A stretch of 60,000 nt of DNA from Malacoraja senta (GCA_038087875.1 CM075989.1:9922001-9982000); one strand, 5' to 3'. Positions 13,151 to 26,049 are shown, counted from the first letter of the stretch. Numbers and translations: made by a program. Notes: generated by a model not told the origin, from the sequence alone.

Positions 13151-14953
13151 GATAGCAAAATATTATGATAGCAGTCAGTTTTATTTATTAGAACAGGATA
13201 CACTACCTCTACTTATATTAAATAAATTACACATTATTTAACCCCAATGAAAGCCACTTAATTTAAAAATTAGACAACACATTTAGACATGAGATTAATC
13301 ATTAGATTAGAAGCCGAAACTGTCAGAAAGGTGTTTGAAATAATTACTTTTCCTTTGGAACTGCTTTCCTTGAGAAATCTTGCTATCAAGAGGTTAATTC
13401 TTAACTTCCCCTTTCAAGCTTCATCCTCTGCTTCTGCAGCCTCCTCAATTCAAGTGACAGGTTAATCTGTTGCAGGAACTTTATTTCCAATCCATCACTC
13501 CGTTGCGATTCTCTCCTCGCATTTGTTATTGTTATCAGCAGCACTAATCTCATTCCTATTCATACTAGTGTGTATTTTTTTGAAAATGAAAATCCTCACA
13601 TGGAAAGTGTATCTTTAAAAAAAAAAAAGTAATTTAATTCCGAGGGACAACATCCCAAGTCCAACTATACTTAAAAAAAAATCTCTTTTGGTGCTTTTAC
13701 ACGGTTAATGCAGGTCACTGCAATCGGCACATAATGAAAAGGACCGAGTTTTGAACCAGGGAATCAATTTGTGCATTGTGGTTGTTTGAAGACAAATTCA
13801 TTTTCTACTAACAGCTCTGGAATGAGATTTATTTTTCACTTTAAAACCTGAACAATTTTACATTCCGAATTGTTAGTGCAAAAGGTATTTTTGGAAGAAA
13901 TTAAAAATCACAGGCTTCTGTTGCTTTGCCATCTTTAACTTATAATGTCATTTCACGCCACTTAATATTAGCTGGATGGCTTTTGGTATGTTTCAAGTCA
14001 AATTTGCCAGTTTTGCAGAAATAGAAGTGCTATCAGCTTCACATGATGAAGGGCATACTTTTAATTCTTCAAGGAAATCAATGGACTGCCACCCAAACAT
14101 TAATCATTGCATGCAGGCTCGATCAGACTGAGCTCCTGCCCAAATGCAACACATGTACATACTTTACAGCAGCAATCACTGGTAAATAATCAAAGTAAGG
14201 ATCGTATATTGGCTTTTCTCATTCCATCCCCCCCGGGATTGAAGCCAATCCTGCTGCCTGGTGGAGATCTTTGCAGAGATTAGACCTACTTTATTCTGGC
14301 TATGTTTCTCTCATCTTAGGGCAGGGGAAGTCGTCAGTGAAAATCATATCGCTGCGTCACCCAAAGTTATTTCCAAACACCACCTAGTGGGCGGTTAAAT
14401 CAGAGATTTAAGAATTGGGCTGCCTGCCTCTATTCTGTATTGAGTATACAGGAGTCAAAAGAAGACGAAGAAGAAAAAGAACAGACGACAAGTGGGAGGT
14501 AAATGCGCATGTAAATGCATAAAATCGTTGAAAGAGGCATATGCTCTGTGTATGCAGCATGAAACACTCTGCTGATGTTTATTAATAAAAATTACATGTT
14601 AAATAGTAAAACCCAAATATCTCAGATTTGATTAGATTATTTCCATATACACCAGGGTGTAATGAAATTCCTTGTTCACGTGAAGATTAGAGTAAACAGT
14701 ATACACACAGTCATGATAATACAATAAATATTACAGTATGGAGACCACTTGGCCTGTGACACTTGCTACACCCATTTCGGGTAAGAAGACTATCCAGAGA
14801 AAAGAAAGGAAAGCAAAAGGAAAGAGAAAAAAAAATAATTATAAATTAAAATGAATAACTTCAATTTACATCCTCTGGATATCTTAAAGCTAATCAAATA
14901 TTTTCATCATTAATGCAATGCAGGAAATGAGGTGGCATCTTCCATTTATATAG

Positions 14954-16050
14954 ACAAAAATGCTGGAGAAACTCAGCGGGTGAGGCAGCATCTATGGAGC
15001 GAAGGAAATGGGCGACGTTTCAGGTCGAGATCCTTCTTCAGACTGATGTGAGGGTGGGGGGGCGGGAAGAAGAAAGGACGGGGAGGAGACAGTAGGCTGA
15101 GGGAGAGCTGGGAAGGGGAGGAGAAAGCAGGGACTACCTGAAATTGGAGAAGTCAATTTTCATACCGCTGGGGTGTAAAGACTGGAAAGACTGCTTGGCT
15201 CCGTGAATGGAGTCAAGGGGGGAGGTAAAGCAACAAGTGTGGCATTTCCTGAAGTTGCAAGGGAAAGTGTCAGGAGTGGGGGTGGTTTGGGTGGGAAGGG
15301 ACGAATTGACCAGGGAGTTACGGAGGGAGCGGTCTCTGCGGAAAGCAGACAGGAGAGGAGATGGGAAGATGTGGCCAGTGGTGGGATCCCGTTGGAGGTG
15401 GCGAAAATGTCGGAGGATTATTTGTTGTATGTGACCATCGGAGATGTCCTCATTCTTCAGGGAACGGGGGTTCCCCTCTTCTACTATAGATGAGGCTCTC
15501 ACCAGGGTCTCTTCTATACCCCGTAACTCTGCTCTCAATCCCCATCCCCCCACTCATAACGAGGGCAGAGTCCCCCTTGTCCTCACCTTCCACCTTACCA
15601 GCCATCACATACAACAAATAATCCTCCGACATTTTCGCCATCTCCCACCACTGGCCACATCTTCCCATCTCCTCCCCTGCACCTGCACCTCCTCCAACCT
15701 CATCTATTGCATCCGCTGCTCTAGGTGTCAGCTGCCCTACATCGGTGAGACCAAGCGTAGGCTTGGCGATCGCTTCGCCCAACACCTCCGCTCGGTTCGC
15801 ATATAACCAACCTGACCTCCCGGTGGCTCAGCACTGCAACTCCCCCTCCCATTTCGAATCCAACTTTTCTGTCCTGGGCCTCCTCCATGGCCAGAGTGAG
15901 GCCCACCATAAATTGGAGGAGCAGCACCTCATATTTCGCTTGGGCAATTTACACCCCAGCAGTATGAACATTGACCTCATATTTCAGGTAGTCCCAGCTT
16001 TCTCCTCTCCTTCAGCCCACTGTCTTCACCACCTGCAGTTCCTTCTTAAA
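14954..16050. mobile_element. Penelope-like insertion with inverted halves and an 18-bp target-site duplication
   Basis: Minus-strand half at about 14954-15432 and plus-strand half at about 15436-16050 (NLIYCIRC…YIGETKRRLGDRF, GIY-YIG). Flanked by catcttccatttatatag at 14936-14953 and 16051-16068. Confidence 0.9.
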
Positions 16051-17084
16051 CATCTTCCATTTATATAGTGCCTTTGAGATGGCAAAAATTGTCCCAGGGC
16101 TCTTCATAGCAGATTTACCCAACTAAACAAGAACATCGTTGAACCACATAGCAAATGTTCAGTCAAAGATTGACCAAATATTTGGTCAAACAGGTGGATG
16201 TTAAGTAACATTTTAAAGGACGAAGAAAAGGTGGTGAGGCAGAGAGGTTCTAGGATAGAAACCGGATCTTATGCCAGTACATTTAAAATTAAGGGTTTAA
16301 CAAAATACATGCAGTAAGAATTTAGGGTAGTTGATTAAGAGAGAGGAACAGGCAAGACCAGGAACGAGATCTGAAGACAGGAAGAAAGAGATAGTGAGGG
16401 AGCGAAAGCATGGCGGTGATGGTAAAGTCGGGTTTTGCATGAGTTAGGATTCAGCAGCTGTTTAGATAGCCTAAATTACAGAAAGGTGACTGGTCAAAGA
16501 GTTTTAGAATAAGCATGGTTGAGGGTTTCCCCAGCACAGTTGTGCTAAGATGGAATCTGGCGGTGTTATGGCGGCAAAGGAGTTTGATAATGATAAAAAG
16601 AATGAAAAATAGTCAGTCCTAGTGATGACATGTTTATCTAGGAGAGCATGGAAACTGTAGAGAGACAAAGTTTGTGATGTTGGCCACAGGCAATGGCTTT
16701 GATCTTTCCGTTATTTCATTGAAGGAAGTTTGTGATCACTGGATATCAAAGAAGCATTCTCAAAATTTAGAGATAGTGGACAAGTGACGTGGTCATGAAA
16801 TAACACTGAATATTATCAGTCTGCATGTTAAAATTTATCCTATGTTTTCAGATACTGCTGTCAGTTACCAGCAATTGTGTATGGGAAATGAGAGGAGCCC
16901 TCCAAGCATATATTCTTGGAAGTTACCAGAGTTTAACAATACTGGTATGAGAACAGAATTTGATATTGGTGACTACCTGTCTACAAGTAGATTCATGTAA
17001 GAAATGCTTGTCCTTCTTACACAGAAGGGAGTTCTGGCAATGAGCAGAGTATGACACTTGGTCTCATGTTAAATGTTTTTATCA

Positions 17085-19623
17085 CATCTAAAATTCTAAT
17101 TTACCAATGTTCTATAGATTCTGGATCAGTTCCTTTGGATTGGAGGGTAGCTAATGTTATCCCACTTTTCAAGAAAGGAGGGAGAGAGAAAGCAGGGAAT
17201 TATAGACCAGTTAGCCTGACATCGGTGGTGGGGAAAATGCTGGAGTCGATTATCAAAGATGTAATAGCGGCGCATTTGGATAGCAGCAGCAGGATCGGTC
17301 CAAGTCAGCATGGATTTATGAAGGGTTCAAGTTACATTTATTGTCACATGCACCAATTGGTACAGTGAGATTCGAGTAACCATACAGCCGTAAGAATTAA
17401 AAAAAGAACACAATACACGATAGAGTTTAATATAAACATCCCCACACAGCGGAAGGCAATAAAGGCAGGGAAGGAAGGCAATAAAGTTCAGTCATCTTCC
17501 TCATTGTTCACCCGTAGTTGATGCTTGACAAATCATGCTTGACAAATCTTCTGGAATATTTTGAGGATGTAACAAGTAAAATGGACAAGTGAGAGCCAGT
17601 GGATGTAGTGTACCTGGACTTTCAGAAAGCCTTTGATAAGGTCCCACACAGGTGATTAGTGGGCAAATTAAAGTACATGGTATTGGGGTTAGGTTATTGA
17701 CATGGATATAAAATTGGTTAGCAGACAGGAAACAAAGAGTAAGGATTAACGGGTCACTTTCAGAATGGCAGGCAGTGACTAGTGGGGTACTGCAATGCTC
17801 GGTGCTGGGACTGCAGCTATTTACAATATATATTAATGATTTAGATGAAGGAATTAAAAGTAACATTAGCAAATTTGCAGATGACACAAAGCTGGGTGGC
17901 AGTGTGAACTGTGAAGAGGATGGTATGAGGATGCAGAGTAACTTGGACAGGTTGGGTAAGTGGGCAAATGCATAGCAGATGCAGTATAATGTGGATAAAC
18001 GTGAGGTTATTCACTTTGCAGGCAAAAATGGGAAGGCAGATTATTATCTGAATAGTGTCAGGTTAGGAAAAGGGGAAGTACCACGAGACCTGGGTGTCCT
18101 TGTTATCAGTCACTGAAAGTAAGCATACAGGTACAGCAGGCAGTGAAGAAAGCTAATGGCATGTTGGCCTTCATAACGAGAGGAGTTGAGTATAGGAGCA
18201 AAGTGGTCCTTCTGCAGTTGTACAGGGCCCATGTGAGACCACACCTGGAGTATTGTGTGCAGTTTTGGTCTTCTAATTTGAGGAAGGGCATTCTTGCTAT
18301 TGAGGGAGTGCAGCGTAGGTTCACGAGGTTAATTCCCGGGATGGCGGGACTGTCATGATGAAAGAATGGAGCGACTGGGCTTGTATTCACTCGAATTTAG
18401 AAGGATGAGAGGGAATCTTATAGAAACATAAAATTATTAAGGGATTGGACCGGGTAGATGCAGGAATTTTTCCCCCGATGTTGGGGGAGTCCAGAACCAG
18501 CGACCACAGTTTAAGAATAGGGGGGAGGCCATTTAGAACTGAGACTAGACTAAGTGGGACCCGTTGGGTACCTGTCACAGGGGAGGCCTGATCCCGCATG
18601 CAACCCCTTCCCCCAACGCAATATTGCACCACTCACCCATAGCCTCCAACTGCGCAGGTGCGGCTCATTTCCCCTCATCCCCAGCACTCTCTCCACCCTC
18701 CTCTTCACCCTCCCTCTTCTTTCCCCTCTCCTCCTCCCCTCCCCTCACCTCTCACTCCCTCTCCCCTACCCTCACTCCCGCCATAACTCCTCTCCCCTCC
18801 CCATCTATCCCTCTATCCCCACCCCTCAACTCCCCATCTCCCCACTATCCCTCCTCAAGTCCTCCACTCCCCCTCCTGTCCCTCTATTCCCCCTCCTCCC
18901 ACACTCTCCCTCCTCCCTCTTCTTACCTCCTACCCTCCCCAATCCCTCCCTCACCTCTCCCCTACCCTCAGTCACTCCCTCCCTCCCTCCATAACTCCCC
19001 AGGATCTCGAGGTTGCCTTGACCGGAGGCCGCGCTGACCGGAAGCTGCGCCGGGCAGAGGCAGGCGCCGACAGTGACTGACAACGGATGCAGCCAATCAG
19101 TGCAGTGATAGTGCAGGAAGGGGCGTCGCCGTCCCGGCGGTGACTGACAGGAGAGGAGACTAATCTGCGCGTGCGCAGTTTTTAATGATTTTTAAACCTT
19201 AATAACTTAAAATATGCCACCGATCGGAAAAAAACTTGTTGCACTTGTAGCACAGGAGAATGGGGAGTAAGGTGGCGAAAGTAGTGTTATCGTGTACTGT
19301 TTTTATGCAAATGTAAAAACAATGCAAACCGGAAGATAACAAGATGAGAGTTTTAGTTATATAATAGATAGATAGATGAGGAAAAACTTTTTCACACAGA
19401 GAGTGGTGAAATTGTGGAATTCTCTGCCTCAGGAGGCAGTGGAGGCCGATTCACTGGATGCATTCAAAAGAGAGTTAGATAGAGCTCTTAGGGCTAGCGG
19501 AATCAAGGGGTATGGGGAGAAGGCTACTGATTGTGGATGATCAGCCATGATCACATTGAATGGCAGTGCTGGGTCGAAGGGCCGAATGGCCTACTCCTGC
19601 ATCTATTGTCTATGCATCTATGT
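17085..19623 (+). mobile_element. Decayed CR1 LINE (RT domain to 3' end) with two nested insertions
   Basis: DWRVANVIPLFKKG, NYRPVSLTS, KFADDTKL and VRPHLEYCVQFW, with stops and frameshifts. Interrupted at about 17326-17525 and at 18545-19376. Confidence 0.93.
18545..19376 (-). mobile_element. Non-autonomous Helitron
   Basis: On the minus strand it has 5'-TC…CTAG-3' ends and a subterminal hairpin ACCC-AAC-GGGT. Inserted between A and T with no duplication; removing it restores the CR1 sequence gaactgaga|tgaggaaaaac. Confidence 0.88.
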
Positions 19624-20239
19624 AAATTAACTAAATTAATTTCATACTAGAAAGATTATCATGGTTATATCTGCAGGTGTGCGGAATGGCGTGCCACATA
19701 CCAATTCAGAAACACACAAACAAAGTGAAAGAGTCCATTAAGAACATTTCTCTATAGTCTCTGCCTTCTGCCAATTTTCCACATTAACTACATTATTGTA
19801 GAGTTTACAACAATATTTAACACAATCATAATCACATGACGATACAACTACTTGCACGTGCGTGAAGTATCAACTGAAGTGGGATAAAAAAAAATGTTTA
19901 ACTGCTCTGAACACAAAATTTACAGGATCTGCACCCAAAATGTTAACCTGTTTTTAGTCTCAGATGTTGATGGATTTTCTGTCCGTTTCTTATCGTTATG
20001 CTGTATCTATTTCCAGATTTCAGCAATTTTTCAACCCTTGGGAAAGTTGAAGTTTACAGTTAACAGATCTCTTTGCTGTGACATTAACAAAGCATATCAA
20101 AGTGCAGACAACAACACTGCTTAGTCGGAGGAAGGCCCAGGGAGTGGGGGAGTCACAGTAGTAATGTTACCTTGTCCTTGAGCGTACCAGTAATTAGTCA
20201 AAACTACCTTTATGAACACTGGGCAATGACTGCACTCAC

Positions 20240-20323
20240 CCTTGATCTCACATAACCTTCCCATCTGTAGATTCTGCTGAGTATCTATATCAGGCACTGT
20301 AGATCGCAGCCATCGAGCATACC
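20240..20323 (-). CDS. IQCH: IQCH coding exon 11 (GYARWLRSTVPDIDTQQNLQMGRLCEIK)
   Basis: tttcctag| acceptor, |gtgagt donor, 84 nt, phase 1-1. QQNxQxGRLC motif. Confidence 0.96.
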
Positions 20324-21023
20324 CTAGGAAATAAAAAAAACTGGCATAAAAATAGGCAATGATGTTTGTTCAATCTAAACACTCTTTATTCCCCGAATTA
20401 ATAAAAAGTAATTAATTTGCTGGGCTTCTGCTAATTTACTCAAAGCAGCAGATTATTTAAACACAGAGCCCACTATTCAGCTTCTTAATTATTTAGCACG
20501 GCACAGCATTCCTTTTGTCAGCATTAGAACCCCCTTGCCTTAAGTGCAAATAAAGATTCCCATCTGACAGTAATTAGAACTAAATAATTCCAGACAATGT
20601 AGCTTATCATTTTGACTGCACATTTGATTAAGCCCAACATATAGCAAGATTCCCCATTTATTGATTTAACACGACAACAAGCGTGAGCCCAGACTCTCGT
20701 ATCATTAAAGACAGATAGAAAGCATTATCTGCTATTTCAGCATAGCCCTTCAGCTTCCATTTCATACAAATGAAAGTGAATTACAGCAAATCACCTCTCA
20801 TCCGAACAGGGCTGGCGTAATGACTTTATTTGCTTAATCCTGAAATTAAATGCTGTTTTGAGCAAGGCCGTGTGTTATTACTCTCATCATCTGAAGAACA
20901 TCTTCCTACCGAGACCAATTTGAAACAAAACAAGGGGGCTTCCTGAACTCAATCAAGGACCTGTAATGTGGTGGGTAATAGAGGTTGTGGATGAATCTGC
21001 AGGCAAAAAAAAAAGTGCAATAC

Positions 21024-21090
21024 CTAATGATGGGATGTGGATAATAGTTCTCCTGGAGGCCTTGATGCAATTCCAGTTGGCTGCCAGATG
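21024..21090 (-). CDS. IQCH: IQCH coding exon 10 ([22 protein letters not shown])
   Basis: ttcctag| acceptor, |gtattg donor, 67 nt, phase 0-1. Near-identical to the recalled human peptide. Confidence 0.96.
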
Positions 21091-21742
21091 CTAGGAATCA
21101 AGAAGAGCATTGATCAGTGACAGAAGCTGTAATAGATTCATCAAGTTAAACTTCAGCTGCTCCACTTTAGTCAGTCAGACCAAGCCAGGCATAAATTATA
21201 TTAATTGATTTAATTACATACTTAAAACATCTTCCCCAATTAATTTAATTAGCACTACATGATGCACTAGTAGTATTCCAAGCAGAGAGATTGTAGAGTG
21301 TGCTTTGCTTAATTAATGGAATATGAATTAAAAAGAAACTAAACATAAGTGAAGTAAGCATTAATTAACACACTTGTCTGCAAAAAGTAAATACAGTACT
21401 ATAAAGTACTGAGTGTGCTGTAGTTGGAGAATGAGCATTTTAAACAAATTCAGAATGCTGTTTGTTGACTGCAGGTGGGAAACTTTTAAGATTGATTTTC
21501 CCGACGGTGTAAATGTACGGAGCAAAAGTGGTGAAAAGGCAGAGTCATTCATTCTTTCAGGCAAAAAAAAAAAAAATCTGTGACAGACTTTGCAGCCTCA
21601 ACGGCTGCATCTCTGATGATGGATGAAATATGATTCACAGACAAGAGCATAGAAAGGCAATGTGGGAACAGCTTTACAGGAGCACTCAGGCAGAGATATT
21701 TGCAGAGTGAGGGCTGGCAGAACAGCTGGCAGCTCCACACAC

Positions 21743-22294
21743 CTTGGCCCTGCTGCGAAAATTCTCCAGGTGTCTCTGACGTGACTGCTTTAGGGTCTTC
21801 TTCACCCGGGACATTTGAGCATGCATGAGCCAGGAGATGGCAATAACACCTGCTGCCCACTTCTGGCGAAGAGATGCGAGGTACTTGGTCCTGGCTTGGT
21901 ACTGCCTCCAGATAGCTTGGATTTTTGTGGCTGCTATTACCATGCCATCTGGCCCCTTGTACTGCTGGCCTGGACGCATGACAATGTCTTCCACCAAGTC
22001 TTTATTTTTCAATGCAGGAAGCAGTTGCTCCCAGGTGGGGTGTGAATCAAGATCAAAGATAACTGAAATCTTTGCCAACTTCTCGCCTTCTACTATGGCA
22101 ACTGGCACATCATATTTTCTTAGCTTCATCGCAAGATATTCCAAGAAGGTAGAGATGTGTTTCCAGTATAACTGGTACCGTTGTTTGAAAGCCTGGAAGT
22201 CTGGAGCCGTGTAATCTATTGTGCCGTTGAAAATGGTAACGTAGTAAGCTCGTGGAAATTTCAGAGGTTGATGAAGCGGCACCACTTGAAACTC
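21743..22294 (-). CDS. IQCH: IQCH coding exon 9 with the IQ motif IQAIWRQYQAR (21890-21922)
   Basis: cttacag| acceptor, AAG|gtgtgt donor, 552 nt. Contains APDFxAFK, PGQxYKG, KWAAGVIAISWL and SRQRHLENFRxRAK. Confidence 0.97.
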
Positions 22295-24246
22295 CTGTAA
22301 GAAGAAATGTTGCAATCACTTCCAGATATGAACTCTGTGGTGGAATTATCACCAAAGTAAACTATTACTATCATATACCATAAACCCGTCAAATTTTTCA
22401 TTGATTAATTGAATCTGTTCACCATCACACAGATAGTTTGTAACCAAATCAGCTTAAAAAAAATTAAACAATTTAAAGTAAAGTTGGTTATAGACGAATG
22501 GTGCTAATTTGTGCATTGAACATAAAACAGTGCAACAAAAGAACGGGCCCTTCTGCCCACAATGTCTATGCCAAACAGGATGCCCAGACCATCATTTATC
22601 TATCTGCACATATCACTCCATTCCCTGCATATCCATGTGCATATCCATATGTCTTTTAATGTATCAACTTAAACCCGCCACCCACCAGCACAAACAAGAC
22701 ACCCACCACCCACTCTGTAAAACACTTGTCCCAGATAGCTACTTTTAACCTTTCCCCTCTCACAATCCACAAAAAGACGTGAATGGCAGATCCATGTCCC
22801 CACATCAATTATCTGCTTTTCTGGTCATGTGTCAGGATTTCGAGTTGGACAAAATCGCACTTGAATTATTGTATTACTGCAGATTCCCTTTATGTTTTAA
22901 TTTGTGTTTATTCCCTTTTCTCGGTGAACACAAGTAGGTAATGCCCCTTCTGTAATAAGTACTATTTGTGTCCATCTTGTTCAGGGTGTTGGTGTAGGTT
23001 ACAAAAGAAGAAACATTATTTTACTTGATGGACTTGGGAAAGATTAAGTGATTGCGTGAAGAAAGAGAGACAAGAAGATGACAGATTGAAATGTATGACA
23101 AACAATGTCCTCTAAGTCTCTGGTTTCAAATCTGGGTCAATCTGGGCTGTAAGTTATCTCCCTGTTGTGTGCAAAGAGAAAGCTAGGTAAGATGCTACGA
23201 CGAGATTTAGACTCCAGAGGCTGAGATAAAAATAAAGAACTCAGGAAATGCTTAGAAGATCAGTTAGCATGTATGGAGAGAAAGAAAGAATAAACATTCT
23301 AGACTGATGACCTCTACTTTTTTTCTCTGCACACAATGCCTGACCTGCTGAGTATTTCAAGCATTCTGCTTTTATTCCAGATTTCCAGCATCTGCAGGTT
23401 TTTGAATCCAGAGGTTAAATGATTTACTCTTTTAATGCAATTCTTTAAAGAAACATTAAACTGCCCACCATTGGGAGATCACAATGGCTGCGGTGAGAAA
23501 TTGACACTGATGCAATAAGATTATTTTACAATGGACTGGATTGGAGTGAGCTTTGTTCTATGATCCATGAAGTTGCTGTATCAAAATGCTTTTTTTTAAG
23601 ACCAGTGACAAATTGGATGAAATTCACTATTTACTGATGAATAGAAATTTCCCTTTCTTCCCTGCTGTTAATGACTTGCTAGCAAAATTGCAATTTCAAA
23701 CTTACACATTTCAAAGTCAAACATTGGCATTCATGAGTCATCGGTTAAAAAAGATAACAGACCTTTTCTCATTAATGGATTCTACCAAAGCAAACAATTG
23801 TTCCAATTCCTCATCACTGCAATCTTTCACCTTGATAAGCACAATGAATATCAGCAGTATACTTGCATTTATAAATATATTTGGGAATCGCAAAATTATA
23901 GTGGAAAAGATAAACCATATCCATCATTTGCCACTTTGAATGTGATCCTGATATCAAGATTTTTTTTCATTAAAAATTAATATACAGTGGTTTATCAGAA
24001 AGGCATTAAAATTATACAAAATGACATCATAGAAAATGCAACTTTACCCAAATATACTGGTAGAATAAACCCCCAATAGTTGGTAGCCAAGCAATTGGGC
24101 TTCTCCCTGGATTTCCTCGTTTTGACCCGGGTGCGTGCTATTATTGATTACGTACATCAAGCCTCTGCCAATTGTACTCCCTTCCACTCTAATATCCATC
24201 ACTCTTCCCGCAATACACTTTTCAGTGTATAATTCATATTATATAG

Positions 24247-24710
24247 CAGTCTAGAGAAGGGTCTTGACCCGAAACATCACCTATTCCTTTTCTCCAGAGA
24301 TGCTGTCTGACCCACTGAGTTACTCCAGCTTTTTGTGTCTATCTTTGATTTAAGCCAGCATTTGCAGTTCTTTCTTACAAAAAATTCTGCAAACATTGAT
24401 TGCCTTTTTTAAATCCGTTTACTTTCGATAAGTGGGATTGTAGAATGTCGATCAGGCATGAACAATGAATAGAATAGCAGGAAACTGCAGATGCTGATTT
24501 ATTCCAAAGATAGACACAAAAACCTGGACTAACCTGGAGTAACTCACTGGGTCAGGCAGCATCTCTGGAATAAAAGATATGGCGAAGTTTCGGGATTTGG
24601 GTCGGGAGCTTTGTTCAGTCCCGAGTCAAAACCCGAAATGTCACCTATCCATTTTCCCCAGAGATGCTGCCTGACTTGCTGAGTTACTTCAGCATTTTGT
24701 GTCTATCTAT
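24247..24710. mobile_element. Cluster of three Penelope-derived short modules (+, -, +)
   Basis: The agagatgctg…gagttactccagc…tgtgtctatc unit is present in alternating orientation. Confidence 0.8.
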
Positions 24711-25980
24711 GAACAAGAATGGTTCCCAACCAAGTCACCATGAAGTACAAAGAAACTCCGCTTTCTACATGGCCGCTGAGCTGTTTGCAAATGCAATTCT
24801 GGATTCATGCCTTTCTTTTCTATTCATATGAGGAAACCAATGCACATCTTCACTTAGTGTTTGATGTAAAATTAAGAAATCACTGTCTGGAAGATAGGAA
24901 GAGGCTCAGGCCATTTAGCATCTTTAGTGTGTTCCATTAGTATCATACAGTCAGACAGCACAGAAACAGGTCCTTCACTCATAATGTTTACCAGCATTTG
25001 GTCCATAGACTGCTCTTCGACAAAGCTGCAGTGTTTGCAAATGCTATCTACACAGCATCAGTAACGATGTGAATTTCAACTTTTTAAGCAGTATTTAGTT
25101 AGAATTTATTCCCAAATTAATTGCATTGTGAAGGCCATGTCAGCATATTCTGCAGAAGAACAAGTCTTTTTGACAGTACTAATCCTATTTTTAAAAAATG
25201 CTGAAGATGCTAAGCCTTGTTAAATGATGTGTAACTGTATTTTTGATGCCATACTGTGCTAATTACTGTTGTGCAACCTCTCTGTTCCTGAAAAAAATTA
25301 ATTATGCAAATCATTGTATCACAATAATGGTTTAAAAGTGCTATGATTTTAAATTGTTTTACGGTAAATGATAGTTCACCTTCTTAATTCCATGACCCAA
25401 TCGTTATTTTAACTTCAGAAAACTACTAAGAAATAAATTATAATCTGTGTTTTTACTTCATGGTTAGTCGTTTCAAATTCTTCAACTGGGCTTACCAACT
25501 TTATGACTAAGGATACCAAAGATTCAAAGTCACTTATGAAATATAAATGCTGTGCATCTTACTAAATTCTTGTGGTATGATTTTCTTGAGATAATGAGTG
25601 CTGTTCCTTTGCTACAAAATATGAGGCAACAAGAACAATATTTTAAAAATATTTATATGAGAAGAATAATTGATTGATTTGTGCGTATAGTGACATTGAG
25701 AAAGTATTTGCCCTTCTTTCAGGATATTTAATTTGCAGCGGCAAAATCCCAATAAGCACCTTGGTCTAATAAAAACGGAAGATGCAGGGATACTCAGCAA
25801 GTCGGGCAACACTTGTTGAGATAGAAACAGAGTTAACATTTCAGGTCGATAACCATTCCGCATCCTGATAAATATCCGCAGCACTTTCAGATTTTTAGCA
25901 TTTGCAGCATTTGATTTTTTTACCTTTTCAGTAACTTGATTTTATGACTCATGAAGAATTATTTGGGAAAGTTTTGTATT

Positions 25981-26049
25981 AAATTTGTCTACTGATTTTG
26001 GAGACAAGTTTAATGAAATTGTCTACTGATTTTGGAGACAAGTTTAATG
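25981..26049 (+). repeat. Tandem duplication of about 34 bp
   Basis: aaatt(t)gtctactgattttggagacaagtttaatg occurs twice. Confidence 0.95.

Noticed and set aside
23763..23830. Exon-like segment VKDCSDEELEQLFALVESINEK on the minus strand
   Set aside because: 68 nt would frameshift between phase 0 exons, and both splice sites are weak.
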